Source of the DNA: Naegleria gruberi
Taxonomy: Eukaryota
Length of the DNA stretch: 64,000 bases
Strand: one strand, 5' to 3'
Assembly (NCBI GenBank): GCA_000004985.1
Contig: GG738889.1
A program made the position numbers and the translations under genes. Numbering within the stretch: the first letter of the stretch is position 1; each line of letters begins with the position of its first letter. The notes under the pieces were generated by a model. That model did not search any database, had not been told where the DNA came from, and saw nothing but the letters and a program-made list of their open reading frames with translations. Shown one piece after another: positions 32,214 through 44,104 of this stretch.

Positions 32214-34905
32214 TTATTGTTGGACTGGAGCTTGTTGTTGTTGTTGTGGAGGAGCTTGTTGCTGTTGTTGTTGAGGAGCTTGTTGCTGTTGTGGAATTTG
32301 TAAATTCATACCATAGTTCATCATTGCATCCATGTAAGGATCTCCTAATGAAGTCTGACCAGGTTGACTTCCATATTGAGATGGTTGTGTTTGACCTGGG
32401 TATCTACCATTAAACACCAAAGGTGAACCAGAAGTTGGAGAACCACCATTAATGGAAACGAAAGGTTGAGGGTTATTGTTATACGTTTGTTGTTGGTAAG
32501 GATCATAACCACCTTGTCCATAACTTTGTGGATATTGTTGACCGTATCCTTGTTGAGGATATTGTTGACCATATCCTTGTTGAGGATATCCTTGTTGTGG
32601 ATATTGTTGACCATATCCTTGTGAGGGTAACCTGTGNNNNNNNNNNNNNNNNNNNNNNNNNNNNNNNNNNNNNNNNNNNNNNNNNNGGTATGAGTGATGA
32701 AATTTGTCCTTGATGTCATTTGCAATGGATTCCTTGTTGGTGAACTATCAATTTTTGGATACGAGTACTATATCAGAAATATTGAATAATTTGAATTTCT
32801 TCTTGGATTATGCATTATCAGATGAAAATGTGAGAGTTTCAGTAGGTGTGGATACCTTACTTGATAATTGTATTGAATCTGCTTACAAATATATTAAGGA
32901 TCGTCAATATGTCAACAATCAGACTTCAAACTCTTATTATTTACATGCTGCACTCAAGAAAATATCCATGCTTCAAGCAAGAAGCTCTGCAATTGGAAGT
33001 TCTGGAAAGAGTAAGAAGGGTCCTTTCTTTTCTTCTGTTTTACATAGGAATACTGTATATGATTTCCCAAAATCTATTATTGACCCTGTTACAGAATCTA
33101 AAATAGTATTCTATTCTGATTTCTTTTCATTTGCTACTTTAAGTTCAACGATTGTGAAGAAACCTTTCGTTTCAGTACTGACCGTTTCGGATGATGTGTT
33201 TTCACTGAATAGTAGACTGGAAATGACTCATATATCTGAAAGTCAAACCACGTATTCGAAACTTATTTCTAGAATTGTGTCTATTGATTTCTCAGAACTG
33301 CCAGTTCAAGTAAATGGGAGTAAGATTTCCTACATCATTCCTTATAACACTACTGACAAAGAAGAACCAGCTCAATTTGCCAATTTAGAGTTACTTGAAA
33401 AGAACACAACTGTCACTTGTGGAGATTTCAGAAATGGATCACCAACCATCTTGAGAAGTGATTGCACATTACAAACAAGAAATACCACTCATGTGGTTTG
33501 TACATGTGTTAGTTTTACAAATGTCTTTGTTGTAGAAACTACAGTTGTGACCTATCATTCCTATGTCTATGTGGTTGCCATTGTAGTTTCTTCCATTGTA
33601 GCTTGTGTTTTATTCTTGCTGATTGCTATTGGTGTACTCGTCTCGATCATTAAAATTAGGAGAAACAAAGGAACAACTGCCAACAAACCAGAAACAGTAA
33701 CAAATACTTCAACCTTCTCACTCAGAGTTCAGGAAGTTGAAATTGAAACATCATCCTATGGAAGGGGTCAAACNNNNNNNNNNNNNNNNNNNNNNNNNNN
33801 NNNNNNNNNNNNNNNNNNNNNNNCTGTTGACCATATCCTTGTTGTGGATATTGTTGAGAATATTGTTGAGGATATCCTTGTTGTTGAGGGTAACCTTGTT
33901 GTTGCATTTGTTGAGGATATCCTTGTTGTTGTGGATATTGTTGCATTCCTTGTTGAGGGTAACCTTGTTGTGGATATTGTTGAGCATAACCTTGTTGTTG
34001 TGGATTTCCCTGTTGATAGCCAGGATAACTAACACCAACTCCAGCATTTATCAATGGAACAGTTGTTTGACCTCCTTGTTGAGTAGCTTGACCATATTGA
34101 CCTTTAATTTGGGTCATGTATTGAGTAAGGGTCGAAATAGATTGTTGCAAGCTGCTCCAATTAGCTTGTTGAGTAGATGTAACCATACTAGCAACGAGAG
34201 GTGTAATTTTATCCTTAATGAGGGCTGCATCATCTTGATCCAACAATGAAGGATCTGCTGCCAACAATTTGAGATTAGTATCAATGGTATTTACAGCATT
34301 ACTAACAAGGGCACAAGGGGAAATTGTTGACTGAGAAACAGGTTGTTGGCTTACTCCTTGTTGAGTATTTGGTTGCATGCCACCTTGTTGTTGAGGATAA
34401 CCTTGTTGCATTTGTTGAGGATAACCTGTTGTTGCATATTAGGCTGCATTTGTTGCATTCCTTGTTGAGGACTTTGTTGCTTTACTCCTCTGGTAATTCT
34501 AGTTTGTCCAATTGGAGTTGGAGGAGCTTGACCTTGTGGAGCAGGTTGATTTGGATTGGAACTCATTTGAATAGTTGGCTGTTGTTGGGATTGTTGAGAT
34601 TGTTGAGAGAAACAATATTGACCCAATCTATTAATCATGGAAATTTGAGTATTAATATTGTTAACATAGACACCAAGCTTGTTACTACTGGATTGCTGTG
34701 GTTGTTGGGATTGTTGGGATTGTTGAGATTGTTGAGGTTGTTGTGGTTGTTGCGGTTGCTGAGGTGGCTGAGGTTGCTGAGATTGCGACGGTTGAGTAGC
34801 TGCTTGTGCATTTGCTGAGGCAGATGCATCCTGAGCATTCACAACACTCAAGGCAACTAGACATAACACGAGGGATAAGCCCAATATATACTTTGGAGTG
34901 ATCAT
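32214..34905 (-). CDS. secreted Gln/Tyr/Pro-rich repeat protein (QQGYPQQ / GYGQQYPQQ repeats), interrupted by two gaps, an inserted foreign contig and a 1-nt frameshift
   Basis: ATG at 34905 gives a signal peptide, MITPKYILGLSLVLCLVALSVVNAQD, then a Q/S/P-rich region. An apparent single-G deletion near 34418 sits in ...caacagGttatcctcaacaa. Next comes a helical block, NAVNTIDTNLKLLAADPSLLDQDDAALIKDKITPLVASMVTS...QIKGQY, and a QQGYPQQ repeat array running into the gap at 33823. The same repeat frame resumes after the gap at 32636 (GYGQQYPQQGY...) and runs to the stop at 32216..32214 (...QQQQQAPVQQ*). Confidence 0.5.
32637..32686. other. assembly gap (50 N)
   Basis: Run of N. Confidence 1.
32687..33773 (+). 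pseudogene. isolated ~1.09 kb contig, between two gaps, that is a near-identical copy of the 3' part of the receptor gene (51055..52142); probable mis-scaffolded allelic/paralogous fragment
   Basis: The track ORF 32704-34032 protein (MSLMSFAMDSLLVNYQFLDTSTISEILNNLN...HVVCTCVSFTNVFVVETTVVTYHSYVYV...SYGRGQ) matches ORF 50569-52320 residues from about 164 onward, with only scattered substitutions. The nucleotide sequence 32687.. versus 51055.. differs at only a few percent of sites by eye. The copy ends exactly at the N runs on both sides and is embedded, on the opposite strand, inside the Q-rich repeat gene. Confidence 0.6.
33774..33823. other. assembly gap (50 N)
   Basis: Run of N. Confidence 1.
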
Positions 34906-35064
34906 TTTGTTTTTTCAAATCATGGCGACTTCCATAAGCACATCTTGTTAATTTATATGGATTATGAAAATGGGTAATGAACTTTTATGGAAATAATCAC
35001 GAAAAGATAACATTTCTCAACATGGAACACTATCATGTATGTTCATTATCGTTATTTAGCTTCA

Positions 35065-37329
35065 CTACTTTGTTACTGCCGAATCGGTATTCATATTGAG
35101 AACTTTCCTGTAGTACAAAATTTGATAGAGTCCTCTTGTTCTGTACATTAAAATTATTCCACCAACAGCACCAAAACCACACAAGGTTGTGGTCAAGTAG
35201 AATGTTGTCTGATAGCACAGGGTACCGTAACATATCTTGGACATGTTATCTGTTGGAATATTACTTTCGTAGATTTTACCTGCCAATAAGGTAGCAAGTA
35301 GGAAACTTCCCAAACTCGATGCTAAACTACAAATGGACGAATTGACTGCAAAATATTTTGGACCGAATCTTTCACTCAAGAAACTAGGAACCATAACTGC
35401 AACTCCTCCAAAACTAACTCCCAACAATATTAAAATGAAATAGTAAACCCAAAGAGGTGAAACTAGAACAATCATTTGACAAATCAACATGAGCAATACT
35501 CCACCAGTAAGGAAGGTCGTTCTGGTAATGTATCTACTCAATGTATCACTCATTAATCCAAACATCAATCGTCCTAAAGCATTAGAACATGCAAAAATCA
35601 TAACCATCAAATGTTGTTGACCATCGTATCCACCAAATGAAATGACAATTGAGCCCAAATTATTGACAATAACTAATCCAGAACCCATCGTTGCAAAGTA
35701 CACATAAAACACCAAATAAAAATCGAGAGTGAAAAGCATTTGCAATGGATTGGCATCTGGAATTGGAGTTTTGGCAATTTTCCAAATCTTGTCGTATTTG
35801 CCTGCTATTTCCTGATCTGTTTCGATTGGACCTTTATCTAAATCGTCCTCAATTTCTTCAATTTCATCGACTTGCTCTTGCATTGCTTCTCCTCGTTCTT
35901 CCAAAATTAATTGTTGACTCAAATCAAATCCTTCCAAATCTTCTTCCTTATCTTCTATTTCAGAGTTGTCTTCAATCTTTCCAATTGGATTTTCCAATTT
36001 GATATTATCTGTGGTTTCCTCCTTTTTTACATTTGAATCTTGCTTAGTTGGTACTGTTTCAGTCTTATCCTGCTGGCTTCCAACCATTAGAAAATCATTG
36101 AATTGATCTTGATCCTCTTCCAAATCTTCATCATGGACGAAACTATTCACATCTTCTTCATCCTGAGCCACTTGAACATAGCCACCATTATTTGGCGATT
36201 TAGTTGAATCATTTGGCTGTATTCCAATCTGATTCATGAAGAAAGTTCCAATCACAGTTGCAACTCCACCAAAAACTCCTACAAAAAGCAAGTAATCTCC
36301 CAACTTTCTCTCAAATCCAACACTGTAAATGAAACTAAACACTGCACTACTGAGAGCGACACAACTTCCCATAAAACCAATGATTTTTCCTCTATGTCTA
36401 GGTTCAAAATTTTTAATATTGGTCGTAATGGCTGCTGCATAGGCACCTAATTTACAAAAATTGAAATTATTGTAAAATGTTTACAATAAAATTTCAAACA
36501 AAAACCTACCTGCAGATCCCTGACCCATAACTGCCATAAAACATGCAATGAAAATATAAGCATCAGTTCCAACCATGTCAATTGCCTTAATATACACCAA
36601 ATAAAACATAAAATATCCACAAAATAACAAAACTCCAGAAATGACACACGTAATTCTCGATCCCACAAAATCATTCAACATTGAAACAGGTAATGCAAAA
36701 TAAGTTCCAACATTTGCAGCTGTTCCAATTAAATTAACTTGAGTTTGTGAAAAATTCAAATCATTCTTAATGGTTGGTGAGATGGAAGAGTAGGCATAGT
36801 GAGTTCCACTTAGAAATGTTAGTAATGCACCGAATAGGAATGAAATCCATCGATTTCCAAATAAGATGAAATGTAAATTGGTTAAAAAAGTGGAAAATTT
36901 GGATTTTTGTGGAGGTGAAACATTATTAGAATCATTTGGATTGGAAGATGATGGTATAGAAGTGTTATCTTGTTGGTCATTATGTATTGATGGGTCAAAA
37001 TTGTTTCTTGAACGTATTTCTTGATTTATATGATCAGAAATATTATTCGAATCTTGTTGAAAGCTATCGGAATGGTTATCTAGTACTTCCTCTGATATAT
37101 GTGCATCTGCATCACCTTCCTCTCCTTGTTTATGTCCTCGAATAATTATTTTCACAGAAGGCAATGGTTGTTGAGCATTGTTGTCATCTCTCGACGTGTC
37201 ATTGGAAATTATCGATGAAGAAGAAGAATTAAATTCTTGTTGATTTTCAGTGGAAGAAGACGTTGTTTCCTGTTGAGCAACGGATGGTTGACCCTGTTGT
37301 GTGTTGGTGCTATCGAGATTATCATCCAT
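35065..37329 (-). CDS. major facilitator superfamily (Nodulin-like/MFS_1) transporter with long acidic central loop; 2 exons
   Basis: ATG at 37329..37327. Exon 36510..37329 covers the N/S/D-rich N-terminus and TM1-6. Intron 36447..36509 (GTAGGT..aattag, phase 1). Exon 35065..36446 continues ...AVMGQGSA|GAYAAAITTNIKNFEPRHRGKIIGFMGSCVALSSAV..., then a D/E-rich loop and TM7-12. Confidence 0.75.
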
Positions 37330-37337
37330 ATCTTTGA

Positions 37338-40300
37338 TTATGATATTTTTTTTAAAATGGTGACAGAATTTAATCGGAGTTCTTTAATGGTATCGGAAAC
37401 GGAAGTGTTTATTTGAAAATTGTAACTGATCTGATTACATTCTTNNNNNNNNNNNNNNNNNNNNNNNNNNNNNNNNNNNNNNNNNNNNNNNNNNNNNNNN
37501 NNNNNNNNNNNNNNNNNNNNNNNNNNNNNNNNNNNNNNNNNNNNNNNNNNNNNNNNNNNNNNNNNNNNNNNNNNNNNNNNNNCTGGTACCCAAGGTGCTG
37601 GTGGATTACATCCACCAATTGGTTCAATATCATCAGAGTGAGTAATTACGAGGGAATAATTTTGGTTCTTCAGCAATTTGTAAGCTGTTACTGAAACACC
37701 AACAAGTATGTCTTCATCAATTTCCTCAATTCTGACCTTTTCAACGTTATTTAAGTGATCACCGTCTGAGTTGTCATTTCCTGGATATCTAGTTGATCTT
37801 GTACTATTTTCTGAGAATACATAGGCATTCAAATCCAAATCTTGATAAAGCTCAAACTTGGTACTTGTGGCAGCCATGTCATACCAAGCAATTGTGGCAT
37901 ATAGGAATGTAGATCCAGAAGATGGTGATCTACCTGCAACTCTTCTAAAGCAATAGTTTTGTGTTTGACTTTGTGTGATGGTCTTTCTATCAACTGTGAA
38001 TAATTCAAAGGTTGAACCAACAAATTTAAGAACTGAAGACAAGGAAACGAGACCAAATCCAGTATAAGCATTTGGATAACCCATCTTTTTAAGGTCAGAC
38101 ATTGAGCCTCTTCCATCAAGTGACACCATACCCTTCAATGGTTGTGAGGAATGAACAAGGGTGGCTTTAAGCAATGGTCCAGATGGATTACTATGAACAG
38201 TACGAGTCATAAAATATTCACGAATGAGAGCTGTAACATGTTAATAAAAATTCAAATAATTCAATGATAACATACCCAAACTTGATGCAACTAGAGGTGT
38301 TGCCATGGAAGTTCCTCTGAGTGTCAATACAGATGCTTTGTTAGTTGGGGTTGGTCTTCCTGTTCCACATTGGAAAGTACTGAGACTACCATCAGAGTGC
38401 ATAGATTCAATTTCATAACCAGGAGCAACAAGATCAGGTTTGATTCTGTTACCAATTGCTGGTCCACGTCCAGAGAAGTAAGCTAAATTTTCCTTTGTAA
38501 AGTATTTCTTACTGTCAGAGTAAGTCTTCTTCATAAAAGTGCTGCAGCACAATGATTTAACAAGGTTGGTCTGGTCATCTGTTGTTCCCTTAAAGTTACA
38601 ACATTCCTCTTCTGATGAAACCTTGATGGCTTGGAAAATACTGGTAAAATCAACATGGTCAACTGCACTGATAAAACCGTCATTTGTAGTTTGAGAAGCA
38701 CCAACACTGATAACATTCTTTGAGGTGGTTGGACTACCAATATTACCAACATCAGATGTATGTCCTTCGTTACCAGCTGCAAATAAGACAACAAAATCAT
38801 CATGATCCCATGTGAATTTGTCGATATCTTGAGCTTTGGTATCATAGGTATTACAAATTTGGCAGCAAGATTTTCCAAACATTGTTTTACAGAAATCATT
38901 TGAAACAGTCTCTCCTGTTTTACCATAGTCTGTATCAATTGCCCATTTACAATTACAATTATATTTACAATTAAACACTGCAGAGAAAGAACATCCCCAA
39001 CTATTGGAATGGATTCTCACGTTTGCCTTTTGATATGGAATCTTGAACAAGTAATTGTACAAATCAGGTGGAATGAGAAGACTACTTCCTCCAGTTTTCA
39101 TAATGTCAGTAAAGAAGAGCTTGGCACCTGGTGCACCTCCATTATACTTTTTAAGATCTGAAAAAGTATCTGCACTTGTCAAAATGCTTCCAGCAATACT
39201 GCCAGCAACGTGAGTACCATGTCCATCACCACCATCTTGATCGTCTGACTTGTAAATATTTCCATACTTATCTTCGAGAGCCACAGTTTGATAAGAGACA
39301 ATCTTTCTGTGTTCCATATTGACAGTGTTGACTGGAACTTCATTATCAGGATCATGGAAGAAGCATTGGTCAGAATCAATACCAGTATCAGCTACACCAA
39401 CTACAACTCCCTTTCCTGTAATTCCATTCTCCCAAATGAATAAATTTGAGCTAGAATTGGCAGTGGTTGGAGTATCAGCATTAATTCCTTGCATAATAAT
39501 ATTTGGATAATAGTTCATGAGAGTGTATGGAAGTTGTCTTTCAACGCTTTGGATAGCATCATGTTTCATGATAATCTTCATGGCTTCAGAGGCAATCTTT
39601 GGAGAACAAGTGAACCCGATTCTATCTTGACCTTCCTTCTTGACTGAAAAGAATAGTGGTTCTTCATCCTTGGATAATTTGGCAATTTCGTTTGAGAACT
39701 TTTCTTGCAATTCCTTATTCAACTGAGAGACAATTGTTTCTGTTTCCTTTTCAATTGTTTCATCGAGAATGGCTCTCAAACTTGGAGTAATAGTGGCAAA
39801 AACTGAAATATGTGAAACAATAGATGATGCCACTGCACGAGTATGCCTATTTAGATTGGAATTTGCCGACTCGAATCTAGTTAATTTTTCAAGAGTTTCC
39901 TCCAATGTAGTTTCCTTAATTTCTGTTTGAGTCGTGGCAGCTTTGTTTTCCCACATTTCCTGCATCTTGGTAAAATCAAGATTGGATTTGAATTTAGAAT
40001 CAACTCTTCCAATCCACTCGATAGTGGATCCATACTCTGTTTCAATAGAGGCAAGTTTGGCCAACTCGGACATTTCGGATGGTGTTGCTCTAATAGCAAG
40101 GAGAACACCATTGGAAAGTGTTCCAATAATTGAATGCTCCAAAGCTTTTCCGAGTCTGTTGGCGGTAATTGCTACATTATTTACAGTATTAGTATTTACA
40201 GTCAATGCATTCAAGAGAGCACCATTAAACTTTGATAAATCCAAATTTGAGCTAGTTAATCTTACAAAGTATTGAATTGGTTCTTCTTTAGAATCTCTTG

Positions 40301-40571
40301 TATTTTTCGAAATTAATTGATCCAGTAAATTATTACTTGCTGACATTTCAAGCAATGCATCGTTGATCATAATAGTTGAAGTTACAATTTTTGGAGAAAA
40401 GTAGGAACGAAATCTTCCAACATTGAATGCACTCATCATTTGATTGTTTTGCACCAACAATACAATTGAAAGCACAAAAGCAATACAAACAACCACAAGA
40501 GTACCAACAGTAGATAACCTTCTCAATCCTCCTCCATCACCACTTTTCCGGATTGTATTATTTTGTATCAT
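37338..40571 (-). CDS. membrane-anchored subtilisin-like serine protease (S8), 2 exons; C-terminal part interrupted by a 138-N gap
   Basis: ATG at 40571..40569. An N-terminal TM/signal anchor, LVVVCIAFVLSIVLLV, is followed by a pro-region. The catalytic triad is D in GVADTGID, H in GHGTHVAGSIAG and S in GTSMATP, with a Cys-rich insert. Intron 38231..38275 (GTATGT..gttacag, phase 1) joins ...GTSMATPLVASSL|ALIREYFMTRTVHSNPSGPLLKATL.... The ORF then crosses the gap 37445-37582, so the frame and stop after the gap are not trustworthy. Confidence 0.75.
37445..37582. other. assembly gap (138 N)
   Basis: Run of N. Confidence 1.
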
Positions 40572-41037
40572 CTTTAAAAATCCAAATATCTAATAAATTA
40601 ACAATAACAAATCACTATATATTCAAACAATTAGTTCGAGTAGATTCTCAAGAGAATATTTAGATGCAACAATAAAAACAACTTGATGAAAAAAACTCAA
40701 AATAGGCCGTTCGATGTCTTGCGCCTATTTTTTGTGTTATTTTTATTCTTCTTGATGGGGTTTGATGTATTGTACGCTGGAGTGATGGATTTTGTTCTTC
40801 AATTAGATTCGGAATGGAATCGATAATATTATCGTCGGTTGCTCTTCAAGTTCTTGGATATTGATTGTAAGCTATTGTATTTGAGTCAAGTAGATTACGT
40901 TACTCAAAAAATCCTCTTAATTTGCGTCAATTGATTGCCTTAGAACTCGGAGTTCATTGTTCTATAAAAACAGTTTTTAATAAATTTAGATTTCGATATC
41001 AATAATTAAAAAATATAATTAAAAAATCATCACGAAT

Positions 41038-41670
41038 ATGTTTAGTGGAAAGGCATCGGAAATTATTCCTGGCCAATTGTATCTAGGTAAGAAGAAGTAA
41101 CTGAAATATAATTAATTTAATTAATTTAATTTAGGAAGTATGGCCTCCGCTAGAAGAGTATTAGATATGGAAACTCTTAATATCGGTTCGATTGTGAATT
41201 GTACTTGTGAGGTTCCGAATTATTATGAAAATCATGAAGAAATTGCTGTAAAATATATGAAAGTTGAAATTGATGATAATGCCTACCAGGATATTTCAAA
41301 ACACTTTGATGCTACATTTGAGTTTATTAGTAACAGTATTGAAAATGAAGGTAAAGCTGTTTTGGTTCATTGTCAGGCAGGTATTTCAAGAAGTTCAACA
41401 ATTGTAATTGCATATCTGATGAGGAAATTGGATATTTCTCTCAAAGATGGTAAGTAGTTCATCACCAGTTTTTTGGAATTTCATTTAGCTTTTGTTAAAG
41501 TTAGAAATTGTAGAAGTATAATCATGCCAAATATGGGATTTTACAAACAACTGTTAGAATATGAGATGAAATTGAGAGGAGTTCAATCTTTGGAAAGAAA
41601 TCAATATTATGAATTGAGTTTTATTGAAAATTCATTGTTTAATATTTATTCCAGTAATATACAGAATTAA
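41038..41670 (+). CDS. dual-specificity protein phosphatase (small, about 182 aa); 3 exons
   Basis: Exon 1 (41038..41086) is MFSGKASEIIPGQLYL. Intron 41087..41134 (GTAAGA..atttag). Exon 2 (41135..41449) is GSMASARRVLDMETLNIGSIVNCT...VLVHCQAGISRSSTIVIAYLM, with the HCxxGxxRS signature. Intron 41450..41488 is only 39 nt (GTAAGT..catttag). Exon 3 (41489..41670) is AFVKVRNCRSIIMPNMGFYKQLLEYE.... Confidence 0.75.
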
Positions 41671-41702
41671 ATTGGGATTTTACATGGGCTATGTTTGGAT
41701 AT

Positions 41703-43331
41703 TTAAAGAATAATTTTAAACACTTCAATTTCTTCAACTTTAAACATCTCACTTCCTGCCAAATAACTATTCGCTTCTGTTGTTCCTTTTTTGTATCCTT
41801 TGGGCAGTTCATAAGCGTTGCCAAAGTTTGATGATGAAAAGTAATTCAAGTTGCAATCATTGAAAATAGTAATATCATTGCTTACCAGGGTATAACCTCC
41901 AAATCCTGGCATAAAATCCTCAAGTAAAGAAATAGCATAACATCCTTTTTTGACTCTGAACTTTTTGAATTGATAATTGTTATTTGTTGAATCAATTTTG
42001 AAAATGAATGCCAAATCATCCGTAAAACTATCTTTCATCCAAGATTTTGAAGTAAATGCACCAAATATTTGGTTGTGTTCTGCTGATTTGATAATTGTTA
42101 ATGTTGGACCTTGATTACAACATTTTGAATGAAAATTTTCTGCTTTGAATCCATCTCTTGACCCTCTGTATAATAATTGAGGAATTGCTTTACTATTGGT
42201 ATGTGAGCTAATTTCTAACGAAATTGATTCACTATTAATAATATTAGAAATCAAGAAATGTGTAATATTTGTGCATTGAGTAAACAATACATCTGTAAAC
42301 TTGAAAGACTGGAAATCCTTTCCTGTTAGGTTCAGGGTAATATTTTGGAATTGAATATTTTTGATATTTTTGTTTGTAAATTGTTTTAAATTAATTAAGC
42401 ATGAATCAAATTTGCTTCCCTTAAATTTTGATAAATCCTTCAATTTTCCCAAATCTGAATTCTTAAATGTACAATTATTAAATAAAGTGGTTGATAAACT
42501 TGGTTCAATTAATTTGAAATCAATTTCTTCAAATATTGTTCCAGTGAAATCACATTCAATATATTTACAATTAATCAATCCATTATTCTTTTTAAAATGT
42601 GTTTTGATTTTACACTTTTCAAAAGTAATATCCTCAAATTTAGATCCATCAATAATTGAGTTTGTAAATATTACATTATCGAATTTAAATTGTTTGAAAC
42701 AAATGTTTGATAAATTACATCTTGAAAAATCAACCTTTTGAATCAACTCACAAACATCAATTTTAGCTCTTGACAAGTTACTTTTTGAAATATTAGTATT
42801 ATTCAAAATAGAATTACTGAGATTACATTCAATCATATCACATTCTATAAAATTAGCATTAGTTAAATTACAATTACTAAAATCACATCCTTTCAGTATT
42901 AGCATCTTGAAATTTGAACTTTCTAAATTCATTCCACTAAAATCACAAGCACTCAAATTATTAAAATTATAATATTTAAAATTCAATGACCTCTTTTGAA
43001 TTTTGTGTAAATTGACAAAGTTTTTCAAATTGAGTCTTGTTGACTCTTCATTTTCCAATTCATTAATAATATTTTTCAATTCAAACTTTTTACAGGTATT
43101 TAAAAGGGATCGTTTCACATCATTACTCAATTCAATTGCAATAGCTCCGTATTGTAACCACTCGAGAATATGTTTAAAAACAATTGGATCACAATCAATA
43201 AAATAAACTGGATCAGAGTTGAATGTCGAACATTGTGTTTGATAGCATGGATGTTGACCAGTGAACATTTTCTTGAATAAATTATCTGGCTCTCTTTCAT
43301 TATGAATAAAATCACCCAACGAAACTGTCAT
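41703..43331 (-). CDS. BTB/POZ (T1-type) - pentapeptide-repeat - TLDc domain protein
   Basis: ATG at 43331..43329. The N-terminus, VYFIDCDPIVFKHILEWLQYGAI, resembles a K-channel-tetramerisation-type BTB. The middle is about 250 aa of pentapeptide-like repeats (CDFSGMNLESSNFKMLILKGCDFSNCNLTNANFIECDMIECNLSNS...). The C-terminal TLDc-like block is LLYRGSRDGFKAENFHSKCCNQGPTLTIIKSAEHNQIFGAFTSKSW...GYKKGTTEANSYLAGSEMFKVEEIEVFKI. Confidence 0.7.
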   Translation of the reverse strand: MTVSLGDFIHNEREPDNLFKKMFTGQHPCYQTQCSTFNSDPVYFIDCDPIVFKHILEWLQYGAIAIELSNDVKRSLLNTCKKFELKNIINELENEESTRLNLKNFVNLHKIQKRSLNFKYYNFNNLSACDFSGMNLESSNFKMLILKGCDFSNCNLTNANFIECDMIECNLSNSILNNTNISKSNLSRAKIDVCELIQKVDFSRCNLSNICFKQFKFDNVIFTNSIIDGSKFEDITFEKCKIKTHFKKNNGLINCKYIECDFTGTIFEEIDFKLIEPSLSTTLFNNCTFKNSDLGKLKDLSKFKGSKFDSCLINLKQFTNKNIKNIQFQNITLNLTGKDFQSFKFTDVLFTQCTNITHFLISNIINSESISLEISSHTNSKAIPQLLYRGSRDGFKAENFHSKCCNQGPTLTIIKSAEHNQIFGAFTSKSWMKDSFTDDLAFIFKIDSTNNNYQFKKFRVKKGCYAISLLEDFMPGFGGYTLVSNDITIFNDCNLNYFSSSNFGNAYELPKGYKKGTTEANSYLAGSEMFKVEEIEVFKIIL

Positions 43332-44104
43332 GATTTTTCCTCTAACATTTAAATGAATAGGTTTGTTACTTGCTTCTAATTTCTCTCATAATTTTTACAC
43401 ATGTCTTGAATTGACTGATGGTTCTGAACTCGATGCATTTCTAGACAAGCGTTACATTCCACTGATTTCCTGATGCATTGTTCTTTCTGATGTGATCGAC
43501 TGCTTTTTGTGCATGCACTGAAAAGAGAGCAAGAATGAATCAATAGATGAAATACGAAAAATTCTTAACATTTCAGAGCAATAAGCGATATGATACTTGT
43601 TGCAACCTATATTTTCTAGTAATAATGTACATAGAATGTCTTAATTGATTTCTGACCTTATTGTTGTAATACAGCAAAAATAGTATATTATCCATTTTAG
43701 TACATTAACAAATGTTTTGGAATAAGCAGCTTTTTTGGAAATGCCTACAACAGGCCTCTTTGGCTGCTGATTTTTTTCCATGGACCAATAATACAATAGC
43801 TCCTCTAACAAACAATATATTGAAAGTATTCTTCATTATCAATAAATCTTCAATTTTTCAATATCCATTCAACTCCCAAGCCAAAGTAAAATATTTTGTA
43901 ATCATCATTCCAGTTTTTCATCTTTCCAAGGACTCCGCATTATCAAGCTTTTGGCTTTGAGATGGGTGACTTGCATTTAGTCTTCATCATCTTGTTGCGT
44001 TGAAGGTTCGGCTACGTTTTTGGCTTTCATCCCTTCTTCGAGGACTTCTTGCAAAAAAATATTTGACAAACTCCAATATAAAACCTTCTTCTTTTGTTTA
44101 AAAA

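Noticed and set aside
32345-34918. Multiple ORFs in both strands across the Q-rich repeat region (32345-32725, 33737-34249, 33751-34047, 34324-34818, 34635-34838, 34685-34918)
   Set aside because: They are alternate frames of CAA/CAG/GGT-rich repeats and of the inserted contig. Several contain X from gaps. Only the signal-peptide-to-repeat frame is coherent.
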